The notes under the pieces: model-generated | What the model was told of the DNA's origin: nothing | The model's input: the letters and a program-made list of their open reading frames with translations, nothing else | Databases searched by the model: none | Part shown: positions 9,947 through 19,940 of the stretch, one piece after another | Layout of the letters: the number at the start of each line of letters is the position of its first letter | Numbering within the stretch: the stretch's first letter is position 1 | NCBI GenBank assembly: GCA_047602885.1 | Contig: JBLKOQ010000001.1 | Coordinates: forward strand, 10,016 to 74,015 | From: Candidatus Woesearchaeota archaeon | GTDB lineage: Archaea; Nanobdellota; Nanobdellia; Woesearchaeales; WAPJ01 | DNA length: 64,000 nt | Direction of reading: 5' to 3' | Translations under genes and position numbers: made by a program

Positions 9947-11095
9947 ATGGCATTCAAAGTGACTCCTTGGGAGGTTAAAGGGAACATAAAGTATGACAGG
10001 CTAATAGAACAGTTCGGGCTCTCAAGAATTACAGACAATCATATAGAACGGATAGAGAGAATAGCAGGAGAATCGCATTACATGCTAAGAAGAGGAGTGT
10101 TCATAGCCCACAGAGATTTGGACTGGATACTCGACAATTATGAGAAGGGAAAACCATTCTACTTGTATACTGGGAGGGGACCTTCAGGAGACATTCATAT
10201 AGGGCATGCAATGCCATGGATATTTGTTAAATGGTTACAGGACAAGTTCAATGCAATACTATACTTTCAGTTTACTGATGACGAAAAGTTCCTGTTCAAA
10301 GAAGGATTAGATTTGGCGAAAGTAGAAGAAGCATTATACGAGAACATGCTGGACGTTGCTGCATTCGGCTTTAACCCCGAAAGAACAGTGTTCGTATCAG
10401 ATATTAGGGACATAGAATTATTGTATCCTCACGCGCTAAAAGTATCAAAGAAAATCAATTATAGCACTGCAAAAGCAGTCTTCGGATTCAAGGACGATAC
10501 AAATATTGGACAGTTATTCTTTACGAGCATACAGAGCGTTCCTAGTTTTCTGCACTCGGAGATTACAGGCACTAAAATGCCATGCCTAATACCACACGCT
10601 GTAGACCAGGACCCTCATTTTAGGGTATCACGTGATGTGTTGCCTAAACTCGGGCATTACAAGCCAGCTTCAATACAATGCGTATTCCTCCCGGGACTCG
10701 AAGGGGAAGGGAAGCTGAGCAGCAGCGAAGGCAACATCATAGGATTGCATGATGACGAGAAGACTATAAGAAAAAAAATTAATAAATACGCATATTCGGG
10801 TGGTAGAGACACTGTAGAAGAGCATAGGGCTAAGGGCGGGAGGTCTGAAATGGACATATCATACCAGTATATGAGGATGATGTTCGAGCCAGACGATAAA
10901 GTCTTATCGAGAATAGAGGATGATTATCGCACAGGAAAACTATTGTCTGGAGAGATAAAAAATATGCTGATAGACCGCATAACAAAATACAATAATGCTC
11001 ATAAGGAATCAAGAAAGAAGGCTGAGAAGAACATCAAAGACTATCTTATTACGGAAGAAAAGATAATGCATTTGAAAAGTATAACAAAAAAATAA
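9947..11095 (+). CDS. trpS: tryptophan--tRNA ligase (archaeal/eukaryotic type class I aaRS)
   Basis: HIGH-type motif GDIHIGHAM and KMSKS-type motif KLSSSEG; 382 aa. Confidence 0.75.
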   Translation: MAFKVTPWEVKGNIKYDRLIEQFGLSRITDNHIERIERIAGESHYMLRRGVFIAHRDLDWILDNYEKGKPFYLYTGRGPSGDIHIGHAMPWIFVKWLQDKFNAILYFQFTDDEKFLFKEGLDLAKVEEALYENMLDVAAFGFNPERTVFVSDIRDIELLYPHALKVSKKINYSTAKAVFGFKDDTNIGQLFFTSIQSVPSFLHSEITGTKMPCLIPHAVDQDPHFRVSRDVLPKLGHYKPASIQCVFLPGLEGEGKLSSSEGNIIGLHDDEKTIRKKINKYAYSGGRDTVEEHRAKGGRSEMDISYQYMRMMFEPDDKVLSRIEDDYRTGKLLSGEIKNMLIDRITKYNNAHKESRKKAEKNIKDYLITEEKIMHLKSITKK

Positions 11096-11120
11096 AAGGT
11101 TTTTATCGTACCATACTATA

Positions 11121-13202
11121 TTAGTAGATAGGAATTCCTGCTACAGTTACCTGGTCTAGACTAATCCTATTAACAGTCTCCAAGTCTGATATCCTGTTAA
11201 TCCTCAATAGGTTAGGGCTCTTAGTATACAACAATTCTTCTATATACAAGCTCCTCTCAACACCCATACTCCCACTAGCAGTACCATGGTCTATTAATCC
11301 CCTTAGTCTTATATCGTCACGGCTAATATGGAATACGAGAGCGCCATTATATGACTCTCCTCCAGCCCTATGATCCCAGCTTCTTGCAGGAATAACCAAT
11401 AGGTTCTTGTCTTTAGAGAACAGGAATGCCTTGTGCTCCCACTCTGCAACGCTACTGCTATATCTTCCTTCAAGAGCATAAGTTACTGTTTCTCTAGGAT
11501 TATAAGGATCGGTAACATCGAACAATGATACTTTTAGTCCTAGTATCCTGCCGTCATCAGTACCATCCCTTCCTATTCCTATAATAGTATTCTCGTCATA
11601 AGGATGCAAATATCTGGAGAATCCTGGTATCTTAAGCTCTCCTAACACATTTATGTCATTAGGGTTTGACAGGTCTATAGCAAAGAAAGGGTCAACATCC
11701 CTAAAAGTAACCAGGTATAGCATATCTCCCATGAACCTGCTCGAGAATATTCTTTCCCCGAATGCTATTCCTCTCTCATGGTCCAATATGTCCATATTAT
11801 CGCTGATAGTAAGGACGTGATTCTCTGTATTTATCTGGTCTTGCCATACAATCCTTCTTTCTTCAGGAGTCAGATGAGCAGTCATCATATTAGACGTAGT
11901 AGCTACTCGGAGTATTCCATTATGCTCGTCCATGGCAAACTGGTTGTTAAGCCTTCCAGGAACAGTAACAGTATCTCCAAGGGTTATCCTATTCCTGTCT
12001 ACAGCTACCTTGTGTATTAATGTATAGTCCCTAAACTCATATTTTGAAAGCTCTTCTTTTACAGCGGATTCTATCTTGTCTAGTAGAGCGTCTTGCTCAT
12101 TAGCAGGCAATCCATACAAGTGTCTCATCATTACTTCTCTTCTCTTATGCTCTTTTTCCCATGACGACAGTATTCTGGAATCAACATCGTCTATTAATGA
12201 CAATAGGTTTCTCTCATCTGATGAGAGTCTTGGCATAATCATTTCTACAGTCTTGTCAGTCCTAATATCCCATTCGTTAATATACTGGGTGGTTGCTATA
12301 TAGAGGTTGTCATGAGACATGTATATGGTTTCGCCTCCCTCTACTACTATGGACTTGGAATCTAAATTATGAGAGTCCATGTTAACCATGTGGACAGTAG
12401 CATACTGTGGATTGCGATAAGGCATCCTATAATAGTATATTGAAGAAGGCTCAATCCTAGACTCTATATCGCCAACCCTAATAAAAGGAGTGGGCGTAGG
12501 AAGACTAATATCAGCATGAGACCTTACTATGAGATAAGCATAGTCTCCTATCATCCTCCCTTCAGTATAGTATCCTTCAACCTCATAAGACTCTATAAGA
12601 GCGGGATTACTCCTATCGCTAATATCATATAATTCTATGAAAGTGCTGGTATCATGATAATAACCCCGCCATATGCCAGGACCTCTATCACTATGATGCC
12701 TAAACAATAATAAGGTATCTCCATTAATAAACATTCCTTGGGCACTACTATTCAGTCCTGTTCTTGATATTACTCTAGCATCCTCGCCAGGATAAGCGTC
12801 TATAATGAACAATGTATTCTGAGTTACAGTGTATATATAGTTCCCGTCAGTCTTTATTATGTCCGCTTCATCAACGCCTTCCACCTGTACGTTAGTTTCA
12901 GAAAAATCCCTGGAATCTGAAGCTACAGGAGCCGAGCTTTCCATAACCATGTCCGCTGCTTCACTCCGTAACATAGTGTCAACCCCTGCAATAGAGCCAT
13001 CATCATGCATATATGATGATAAGAATGCAGTGATTTCATCCGAATTCTTAAAAGAGTGTGCCTGAACATTCATTTCAGGCCTAAAAGTCTGTTCATAATC
13101 CACTACTATCCCTGTAGGGGGTTGGCAGGCTGTCGATACGAACAGGAATGCCAGGGCTATAGGAAACAGCCATGTTGTTATACTCTTATTCATAATAATC
13201 AC
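11121..13202 (-). CDS. secreted lipoprotein-like beta-propeller protein
   Basis: N-terminal signal with lipobox-like STAC|Q; long beta-rich sequence with repeated sheet-like segments; 693 aa. Confidence 0.5.
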   Translation of the reverse strand: MIIMNKSITTWLFPIALAFLFVSTACQPPTGIVVDYEQTFRPEMNVQAHSFKNSDEITAFLSSYMHDDGSIAGVDTMLRSEAADMVMESSAPVASDSRDFSETNVQVEGVDEADIIKTDGNYIYTVTQNTLFIIDAYPGEDARVISRTGLNSSAQGMFINGDTLLLFRHHSDRGPGIWRGYYHDTSTFIELYDISDRSNPALIESYEVEGYYTEGRMIGDYAYLIVRSHADISLPTPTPFIRVGDIESRIEPSSIYYYRMPYRNPQYATVHMVNMDSHNLDSKSIVVEGGETIYMSHDNLYIATTQYINEWDIRTDKTVEMIMPRLSSDERNLLSLIDDVDSRILSSWEKEHKRREVMMRHLYGLPANEQDALLDKIESAVKEELSKYEFRDYTLIHKVAVDRNRITLGDTVTVPGRLNNQFAMDEHNGILRVATTSNMMTAHLTPEERRIVWQDQINTENHVLTISDNMDILDHERGIAFGERIFSSRFMGDMLYLVTFRDVDPFFAIDLSNPNDINVLGELKIPGFSRYLHPYDENTIIGIGRDGTDDGRILGLKVSLFDVTDPYNPRETVTYALEGRYSSSVAEWEHKAFLFSKDKNLLVIPARSWDHRAGGESYNGALVFHISRDDIRLRGLIDHGTASGSMGVERSLYIEELLYTKSPNLLRINRISDLETVNRISLDQVTVAGIPIY

Positions 13203-13207
13203 CTTTA

Positions 13208-13903
13208 TTATTCAAAATCCTGAGTATAGACTATAGCCTCATCAATGAATATGTTGACTGAGTCTACTACTGTAGGGATGCTTCCTTCAACCCTCTTTTG
13301 TTCTATGACCTGTATGCATATCATATCATCCTTGGGAGGAATGATTGTTATCATTAGGTCGAGAGTATTACCTGATACTATTTCGTCAACCTCGTAAGAA
13401 TAGCATGGGTTAGGAAGGTTTAGAGTAAAACCATAATCCAGTCCTGAATCATGCCTTGACATCGTAACAGATTCTATTCTCCAGTCATCATTTATTACAG
13501 GGTCCATAATAGCACTATAAGCCTCAGTGTCTTTTAATAGTATCGTAAAGGATGCGGGCTTACTGGAAAGCGGTATGCTTCCTGAAACTTCTACAGAAGT
13601 TACGACTTGAGCGCATACTCCTCCAGTATCCCTCATGACCACATTAACAGCCACTTGCTCGGGGTCTGATTCTAGTATTAATTCTTCTGTCTCAACAGCA
13701 TAACAAGGGGTAGGCGTCTCTACCATGAAAGAATAATGGAAATAGCCATCATCATAATAGTACTCTATGTCCTGGGTCTCGTCAAAATGAGGCGCCAAAA
13801 AATCGTTGCCGTTAGGCTCATCATTTACACAGCTCGCAATAATCAAACTGACCATTACGAGTACGGTTGGCAGCAATATCCTACCTATGTTCATTATCAT
13901 CAT
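13208..13903 (-). CDS. secreted lipoprotein-like hypothetical protein
   Basis: Signal peptide with IIASC|V lipobox-like cysteine; 231 aa; tandem with the upstream secreted protein gene. Confidence 0.45.
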   Translation of the reverse strand: MMIMNIGRILLPTVLVMVSLIIASCVNDEPNGNDFLAPHFDETQDIEYYYDDGYFHYSFMVETPTPCYAVETEELILESDPEQVAVNVVMRDTGGVCAQVVTSVEVSGSIPLSSKPASFTILLKDTEAYSAIMDPVINDDWRIESVTMSRHDSGLDYGFTLNLPNPCYSYEVDEIVSGNTLDLMITIIPPKDDMICIQVIEQKRVEGSIPTVVDSVNIFIDEAIVYTQDFE

Positions 13904-14031
13904 CTCCTTTGTTTTTTGGCATTATGCCATTATAGCTTATGGTATGGTCATATATAAATGGATTTTTTTGTTAAGGCTATAGCCGACATTGGAGCAAATC
14001 ATTTATATAGTAGAGATAGTTTATTACTACT

Positions 14032-14349
14032 GTGAAAACTACAATTTTGATACTATTGGGAGTATTCAGCATATCGATAATATTCTTAATTATTTTAGTA
14101 ATGATGAATCCTGGAATATTCGACTTGGATGATAGATGGGACGCTGGATTGGAAGAAGCCTGCGAGAAGCATGGAGGAGAATGGTCATCATTATATAAAG
14201 AATGTTCAACTTATGATTCTGGAGCAGACATAGAAGGTTTTTGCTTATTATATGGCGGAATGTATAATGGTTGCGCGTCTGCATGCAGGCACGCATTATT
14301 ATCAGTTGGATGCATAGATGTATGCGTACAGGTATGCGAATTGTCATGA
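14032..14349 (+). CDS. small cysteine-rich secreted/membrane-anchored protein (10 Cys in about 75 mature residues)
   Basis: N-terminal hydrophobic signal anchor then Cys-rich domain; no homolog recognised. Confidence 0.3.
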   Translation: MKTTILILLGVFSISIIFLIILVMMNPGIFDLDDRWDAGLEEACEKHGGEWSSLYKECSTYDSGADIEGFCLLYGGMYNGCASACRHALLSVGCIDVCVQVCELS

Positions 14350-14361
14350 TACCTAAACAGA

Positions 14362-14814
14362 TTATTGATTCTTAATCCATTCGATAACATTCTGGGAATG
14401 GGTTTTAGGACTAACATTCTCCCAAACCATCAATATCTTTCCATTGTCAACTGCAAAAGTAGTCCTGGAGACGCCTTTAAACAGCTTTCCATAAAGGCTT
14501 TTTTCCCGAATAACACCAAAAGAATTAGCAGCCAACCTATCAGTATCAGATAATAGCTTATAGGGCAATGAAAGTTTGGAAGCAAAACTATTATGGCTCT
14601 TCCCGCTGTCAGGACTAATGCCCATAATATCCCATCCTAAAGATACTATCTCGGCATAATAGTCGCGCGCATTGCACGCCTGCTGAGTGCATCCAGGAGT
14701 ATTATCCTTAGGATAAAAGAATATAATAGTCTTATTCAATGATGCAAGACTATGATTATTCCCTTCATAGTCCACTATTTTTATGTCAGGAACCTTATCG
14801 TTCTTATTAAGCAC
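14362..14814 (-). CDS. bcp: peroxiredoxin, Bcp/AhpC-TSA family
   Basis: FFYPKDNTPGCTQQAC peroxidatic Cys motif; 150 aa. Confidence 0.8.
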   Translation of the reverse strand: MLNKNDKVPDIKIVDYEGNNHSLASLNKTIIFFYPKDNTPGCTQQACNARDYYAEIVSLGWDIMGISPDSGKSHNSFASKLSLPYKLLSDTDRLAANSFGVIREKSLYGKLFKGVSRTTFAVDNGKILMVWENVSPKTHSQNVIEWIKNQ

Positions 14815-14870
14815 TATATAACACCCCTCGGATAATACACTTCCTAATCATAGAGTTGGGTGTCTCCTTA

Positions 14871-15560
14871 TTAAACTTTATTAGTATTCCCCTTTCGCCT
14901 CTCCATAAAACTCCTGACAACACTGATAATCTGGTCTTCAGAAACTTGCGAAAAACGCTCATAGAACTGTCCTACTGCCATGAACTCTTGAGGAACAAAA
15001 GGGCAATAGACATTAATGTCTCTTTCAGCAAACATTTCTAAAGATTCTTTGGATGATACTGGAGTTGCTATAGAAACCTGCATGGGACCATGACTCCTGC
15101 ATTCAGAAAGAGCGCACAGCATACTAGTGCCGGTAGCAATACCATCATCTACCAATAACACTTTTTTCATGTTCATAACACTATAGTCGAATAGACTGTT
15201 AGCATTATCTCCAATATGGGATATTATATATTCTTTCATCCTATTAATCTTCTTGCGCTCATCCAATACTTTGCTGCCTAAAGTCTCTACTATCACAGAG
15301 TCTTTGGCAGTGATTAGTACATTAGGATTATTCTCTATAATATTCTCTGTAAGGCATGCAATAGCAAACTCCTCATTCTCTACAGGGCCTATCTTTCTTA
15401 CAGGCAATAACAACAGCTTCGCGTTCATACGCTCGGCTATTATGACAGATATTGGCACAGCACCCCTCATTAGGCTTACGACTATGTCAATATCCGCTTT
15501 TTCTCTTTCAAGCATTCCTGCCATGACCTGGCCCGCATGCATTCTGTCAGAGTACATCAT
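14871..15560 (-). CDS. type I phosphoribosyltransferase domain protein
   Basis: PRPP-binding motif VLLVDDGIATGTSM; 229 aa. Confidence 0.7.
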   Translation of the reverse strand: MMYSDRMHAGQVMAGMLEREKADIDIVVSLMRGAVPISVIIAERMNAKLLLLPVRKIGPVENEEFAIACLTENIIENNPNVLITAKDSVIVETLGSKVLDERKKINRMKEYIISHIGDNANSLFDYSVMNMKKVLLVDDGIATGTSMLCALSECRSHGPMQVSIATPVSSKESLEMFAERDINVYCPFVPQEFMAVGQFYERFSQVSEDQIISVVRSFMERRKGNTNKV

Positions 15561-15685
15561 AATATGATGTATGACATACTATTTCATAAATGCTATGCAA
15601 TAATTATTGTTATTTTTATTGTTCCCGAAATATATGCGGTATTATATAGTAAAGGCAGATTAAGAGTGGTTTCATTAATAGTATT

Positions 15686-16324
15686 ATGCAAACCAATATA
15701 AATGATACTATTATAGTATCAATTGATACTAAAATGGAAACGAAATTAAGGATTATAAACAGGATAGACAGGAAAAGCGGCGGAGTGCACATAAGGCAAC
15801 TGGCAAGAGAGGCTAATACAAGCTATAATAATGCAGTAAGAAACATCAGGATACTCGAAAAAGAGAATATTGTAAGAAGAATAAAAGATGCCAACCTCAT
15901 AAAAATATCCCTAAAAGACAATCCTATGACAATAGCATACCTCAAAAAAGTTCATACAGAAAAATACTATAATCTTCCACGAAGAGCAATATTAGCTGTG
16001 AATGAACTAATAAAAGAAATCATCCCAAAACCCCTAATATGCCTAATATTCGGATCATACGCCCGGGGAGATTACCACAAGGATTCGGACATCGACCTGC
16101 TGCTTGTATTCCAGAATGTACAGTCATCAATAAATATAGAAAGACTGGCAAAGGCTATAGGTATGAGAAACAATATAGTTATCAGTCCAATTTACATGAA
16201 CTACAAGGAATATTCTACCAACTTTCTAAACGTAGAACACGATTTCTCTAAAGAAATAAGAAATGACACGATAATAGTTTTAGGACTAGAACACTATTAT
16301 GAGCTATACTGGAGAATATTATAA
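15686..16324 (+). CDS. winged-HTH + minimal nucleotidyltransferase (MNT) domain protein, paralog 1 of 4
   Basis: GSYARGDYHKDSDIDLLLVF polymerase-beta-type NTase motif (GS...DxD) after N-terminal wHTH. Confidence 0.65.
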   Translation: MQTNINDTIIVSIDTKMETKLRIINRIDRKSGGVHIRQLAREANTSYNNAVRNIRILEKENIVRRIKDANLIKISLKDNPMTIAYLKKVHTEKYYNLPRRAILAVNELIKEIIPKPLICLIFGSYARGDYHKDSDIDLLLVFQNVQSSINIERLAKAIGMRNNIVISPIYMNYKEYSTNFLNVEHDFSKEIRNDTIIVLGLEHYYELYWRIL

Positions 16325-16332
16325 TACATTTA

Positions 16333-17187
16333 TTATTTTATCTTAGAATACAGTTTCTTTATCATCACAGCATCGCCCTCAATATTAGGGCTTTCTGATA
16401 TGAAGACGCCTGAAATATTATACTCTTTTAAGACTCCAACCCAGTCCTTATACGCGAAGTCACTCTCTTCCAGCACAAGATGATTCTTCTCTCCTTTAGC
16501 AGTATATTCTATGCCGGAATAATGTACGTGCATATTCTCTAAACCCCTCTTGCCAAGAGACTCTTCTACCATTCCAAAAACCTTCCTGAACTCTTCTATA
16601 GTATTATACGCTCCATTGCTCCTGGCATGAAGATGGGCAAAATCAATACAAGGCATAATCTTCTCTAAACCCTGACTGATATCTAATAATTCTTTTAGAG
16701 TGCCGAACTGTGACTGTTTCCCTGTAGTTTCAGGTCTGATCCAAACATCTAAAGATTCGTCATTAGCAATCCTCTCCATATCAACAATGCTTTTTCTTAT
16801 CTTATCATAAACCCTTGTATGGTCATCCTTAAAATAGTATCCTGGATGATACACTACAGAATATCCTCTAGCATGATTTAGCATCCTGGCAGACTGGAGT
16901 ATCCTATGCTTTGAGGCTTCTATCTTTTCTTGCTCTACAGCATTAAGATTAACATAGTATGGGGCGTGGGCAGTAAGAACAATATCATTATTATCAGCTA
17001 CTAGTCCTGCTTCCATAGCACTACTTTCTTTCAAGAATACGCTATGCACGAATTCCAGTTCCATAGCATCAAGGCCCAATTCTTTTACTTGTATGATTCC
17101 ATTAATCGTATTGGGCTTAACAGTCGATAATGGTATTCCTGCAGTGCCAAACAACAATCCATTAATCTTTTTCATAATCATCCCCAT
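16333..17187 (-). CDS. nfo: endonuclease IV-family AP endonuclease (xylose isomerase-like TIM barrel)
   Basis: TIM-barrel AP-endonuclease 2 family motifs (HAPYYVNL, HxHxS-like metal ligands), 284 aa. Confidence 0.65.
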   Translation of the reverse strand: MGMIMKKINGLLFGTAGIPLSTVKPNTINGIIQVKELGLDAMELEFVHSVFLKESSAMEAGLVADNNDIVLTAHAPYYVNLNAVEQEKIEASKHRILQSARMLNHARGYSVVYHPGYYFKDDHTRVYDKIRKSIVDMERIANDESLDVWIRPETTGKQSQFGTLKELLDISQGLEKIMPCIDFAHLHARSNGAYNTIEEFRKVFGMVEESLGKRGLENMHVHYSGIEYTAKGEKNHLVLEESDFAYKDWVGVLKEYNISGVFISESPNIEGDAVMIKKLYSKIK

Positions 17188-17903
17188 GACTCTGTCTTAA
17201 TCTTATCCATAGGAACGCCCATACCCACCAGTATTTGGACAGACAATGATATGAGTCCTTTAGGCCCGCATATAAAATAGATTTTTTCAGCAGGATTACT
17301 AAACATTCTCATAAAATATTTCTCGTTAATTATGCCCTTAACAATAAAGTCATTAATATCAATATCCTGATTAGTAATAAAATGAGTAACCATCAGATTA
17401 TCCTTATGAGCGCAGTATTCCATAAGCTGTTCTCTATAACAAATATCTCCCATAGTCTTATTGCTAAGTAGCAGGAACATTCTATTATTCTTATTATTGT
17501 CAATATAATATTTTATTAGCGACCTATAAGGCACTACTCCCGAGCCTCCTGCTATCATGACAATATCAGAGTCTATAGACTCATCCCTAATATAGGGGAG
17601 TCCCAACGGTCCTAACACTTCTATCTCATCGCCTACATTAAGCTTGAAGAGGGCATGAGTAAAAGAGCCTACTAGCTTGACACTAATCATAATATTGTCC
17701 TCTGTAGGACTAGTGGCAATGCTATAAGACCTCTTCCCAATATCTTCCTGGCCTTTAATAGTACAATTAATAAAATGCCCCGGCCTATAATCGAATAATG
17801 GAGCGCCATCACTAGGAGAGAGTATGAAACTCTTCATATTATGGGTTTCGTCAACAATACTATTAATAGTATAATATTTTTTGGATACAGGATAGCGTTT
17901 CAC
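17178..17903 (-). CDS. FNR-like FAD/NAD(P)-binding oxidoreductase
   Basis: FAD motif RSYSIATSP and NAD(P) motif MIAGGSGVVP; 241 aa. Confidence 0.65.
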   Translation of the reverse strand: MKRYPVSKKYYTINSIVDETHNMKSFILSPSDGAPLFDYRPGHFINCTIKGQEDIGKRSYSIATSPTEDNIMISVKLVGSFTHALFKLNVGDEIEVLGPLGLPYIRDESIDSDIVMIAGGSGVVPYRSLIKYYIDNNKNNRMFLLLSNKTMGDICYREQLMEYCAHKDNLMVTHFITNQDIDINDFIVKGIINEKYFMRMFSNPAEKIYFICGPKGLISLSVQILVGMGVPMDKIKTESWG

Positions 17904-19744
17904 TAGTCACTCCCTCGCCTAAAAAGGTTCCTGAACCATTCTGCAATCCTGTCAATAAGAGCCCTGGGCCTTTCCCTCTCACGAATGCTTACATCTTTGG
18001 GATCTATTCCTTTGTCATTGACTGCACCATTCCCATTCTCCTCTATGATCTCTATAGGGTCTTCCTCTGCTTCTATTACAGGAGGCGCGGGGGCAACGTA
18101 CTCTACTCCTAATGGAGCAGTCCTTGCTCCAAACCTTACTGTTCCATCTGTTGCAATACTCATGTTTTCCGAGGTCCTAACAGCAGTATAAGAATATAAT
18201 GGTTCATATTGCAGAGCGAATTTGGCAGGCCCAGAAGTAGAGCCTGAAACCCTCTCAGCACCATTAAGCACGTCAGTAATAAGTTCTATGTCTATTCTCG
18301 AATCGACAAGCTTACGACCCCTAACAGTAACAGTGAACTGCTCTCCTATAGCAGGATTCTCAGGATTGATAGTACGGTCAATATCATAAGAGAGCCCTAA
18401 AGGATAAACAGTAACTTTGATATCTCTCTCGTCCCTCTTCGACTCTCTATAGGCTGTCTCATAGTCTATAACAAGTTTAGCAGTAATCTCTGTCTTCTCA
18501 TAGAATGTAGGATAGAATATGCTCTGGGAGAACACGCTGTTGCTCTGGCCTGGAGTAAGAGATTCTATGCTGCTTGTATGAGTATGGAATCCTGACACAT
18601 TAACACGAATGTTTCTGTATGCAAGATCCTTGGTGTTTCTAAGTTCAAGATTAATAAAATCAGTATCTCCTCCAACAACATTCTTCTTGCCTGTCGAGAA
18701 TGACATGTCAATATCAGCAGCGGTAACATCAAGCCTTAAATTCAGAGTCTCATTATACTCTTGATCATTTCTCCTAAAAAAGAACGTCAGGCTGGACTCA
18801 TGGTTGCCTGTATGGTCAGATCTAAGAGTAATAGTGTATTTCTCTTCCTTTCCTGGGGCTAGAGTTAAAGTATTCCCGTCGTTAATAAGCTCATTCATTA
18901 TAGTGCCGCCGTAAGAGACAAGATTATTTCTATCTAACACAGCAGTAATGCTTAGAGGATGAGAACCTACATTTCTTAGTGTAATCTCGCTGTTGACAGT
19001 CTGTCCTACAGAAGCAGGTCTCCTATGATTCAGCCTGATATCATAAGGCTTAATCAGCCTTATTACAGGTCCTGTATATGAAGATGATCCTTCTTGAGAC
19101 CTGTAATGGTAAGTAGAAGACACATTAGTAATAATATCATCTGATGATGCAGCCCTAATCCTAACACTAATTTCTCTTTCCTCATCAACGTTTAGGCTGG
19201 ATAATGTCCATACAAGTCCTGAAGGAACAATCCTGCAGTCAGAACAATACTCTACTATAGTGCCAGGCGTTAACTGAGCAGTAATTCTCACATTCTCGGC
19301 CTGTCTATTGCCGGTATTCTCAACTTTTAGTGTTCCAGTAATTCTGTCATTAATATCCACTCTTGTCGTGTTATAAGCAGTCCTAAAAGTTAACTGTGGG
19401 CCTGTTACATCCATTTCTATACGCATGCCATAGAAAGGATTTCCCATAGTATCAAAACGTATTCTTTTGAAATCCTCCATTTCAACTTCTTTTAAGCATG
19501 TTTGTATGAAATTGTGCTCATGGCATTGTCCAAGGCTGATCAACTGCCTGTAATCGTCAGACTGTACTAATACCCCGTTATTCTGGGTGTTAAGAAAAAA
19601 GAAATAATCGACTTCCTGAAAGTTTACAGAGTCCCCTGAATAAACCCAAGTGTCAATACTGCTTTTGGCCTCAACGGCAACAGTAAGTGCTAATAGTACG
19701 AGCAATCCAAATATTATGATGCGATATCCCATAAGGCTCACCAA
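17903..19744 (-). CDS. large secreted cell-surface protein (repeated beta-sandwich-like domains)
   Basis: Signal peptide MVSLMGYRIIIFGLLVLLALTVAVEA; 613 aa, Thr/Ser/Asn-rich beta-rich sequence. Confidence 0.5.
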   Translation of the reverse strand: MVSLMGYRIIIFGLLVLLALTVAVEAKSSIDTWVYSGDSVNFQEVDYFFFLNTQNNGVLVQSDDYRQLISLGQCHEHNFIQTCLKEVEMEDFKRIRFDTMGNPFYGMRIEMDVTGPQLTFRTAYNTTRVDINDRITGTLKVENTGNRQAENVRITAQLTPGTIVEYCSDCRIVPSGLVWTLSSLNVDEEREISVRIRAASSDDIITNVSSTYHYRSQEGSSSYTGPVIRLIKPYDIRLNHRRPASVGQTVNSEITLRNVGSHPLSITAVLDRNNLVSYGGTIMNELINDGNTLTLAPGKEEKYTITLRSDHTGNHESSLTFFFRRNDQEYNETLNLRLDVTAADIDMSFSTGKKNVVGGDTDFINLELRNTKDLAYRNIRVNVSGFHTHTSSIESLTPGQSNSVFSQSIFYPTFYEKTEITAKLVIDYETAYRESKRDERDIKVTVYPLGLSYDIDRTINPENPAIGEQFTVTVRGRKLVDSRIDIELITDVLNGAERVSGSTSGPAKFALQYEPLYSYTAVRTSENMSIATDGTVRFGARTAPLGVEYVAPAPPVIEAEEDPIEIIEENGNGAVNDKGIDPKDVSIRERERPRALIDRIAEWFRNLFRRGSD

Positions 19745-19787
19745 TACAAAAATATCATAATAGACTTATAAATACTTCTATCAGAAG

Positions 19788-19922
19788 GGCTCTGTTGCAA
19801 ATCTCAGAAAAAGTGTGCTATGCGCCACCCCGCAGGGGGCATCCCCCGGCACATCAGCGTCAAGCGTGAACGTTCGTTCCCGCTCCAGCTGACGGCTGCC
19901 GCACACTATTTGCAACAGAGCC
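19788..19922. mobile_element. MITE-like element copy 1 (GC-rich core, 15-bp inverted termini GGCTCTGTTGCAAAT, TSD TATCAGAAG)
   Basis: Terminal inverted repeats; direct repeats at 19779-19787 and 19923-19931; about 60% GC island in AT-rich DNA; homologous to the copies at 26981 and 52831. Confidence 0.55.
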
Positions 19923-19940
19923 TATCAGAAGATTCAATCC

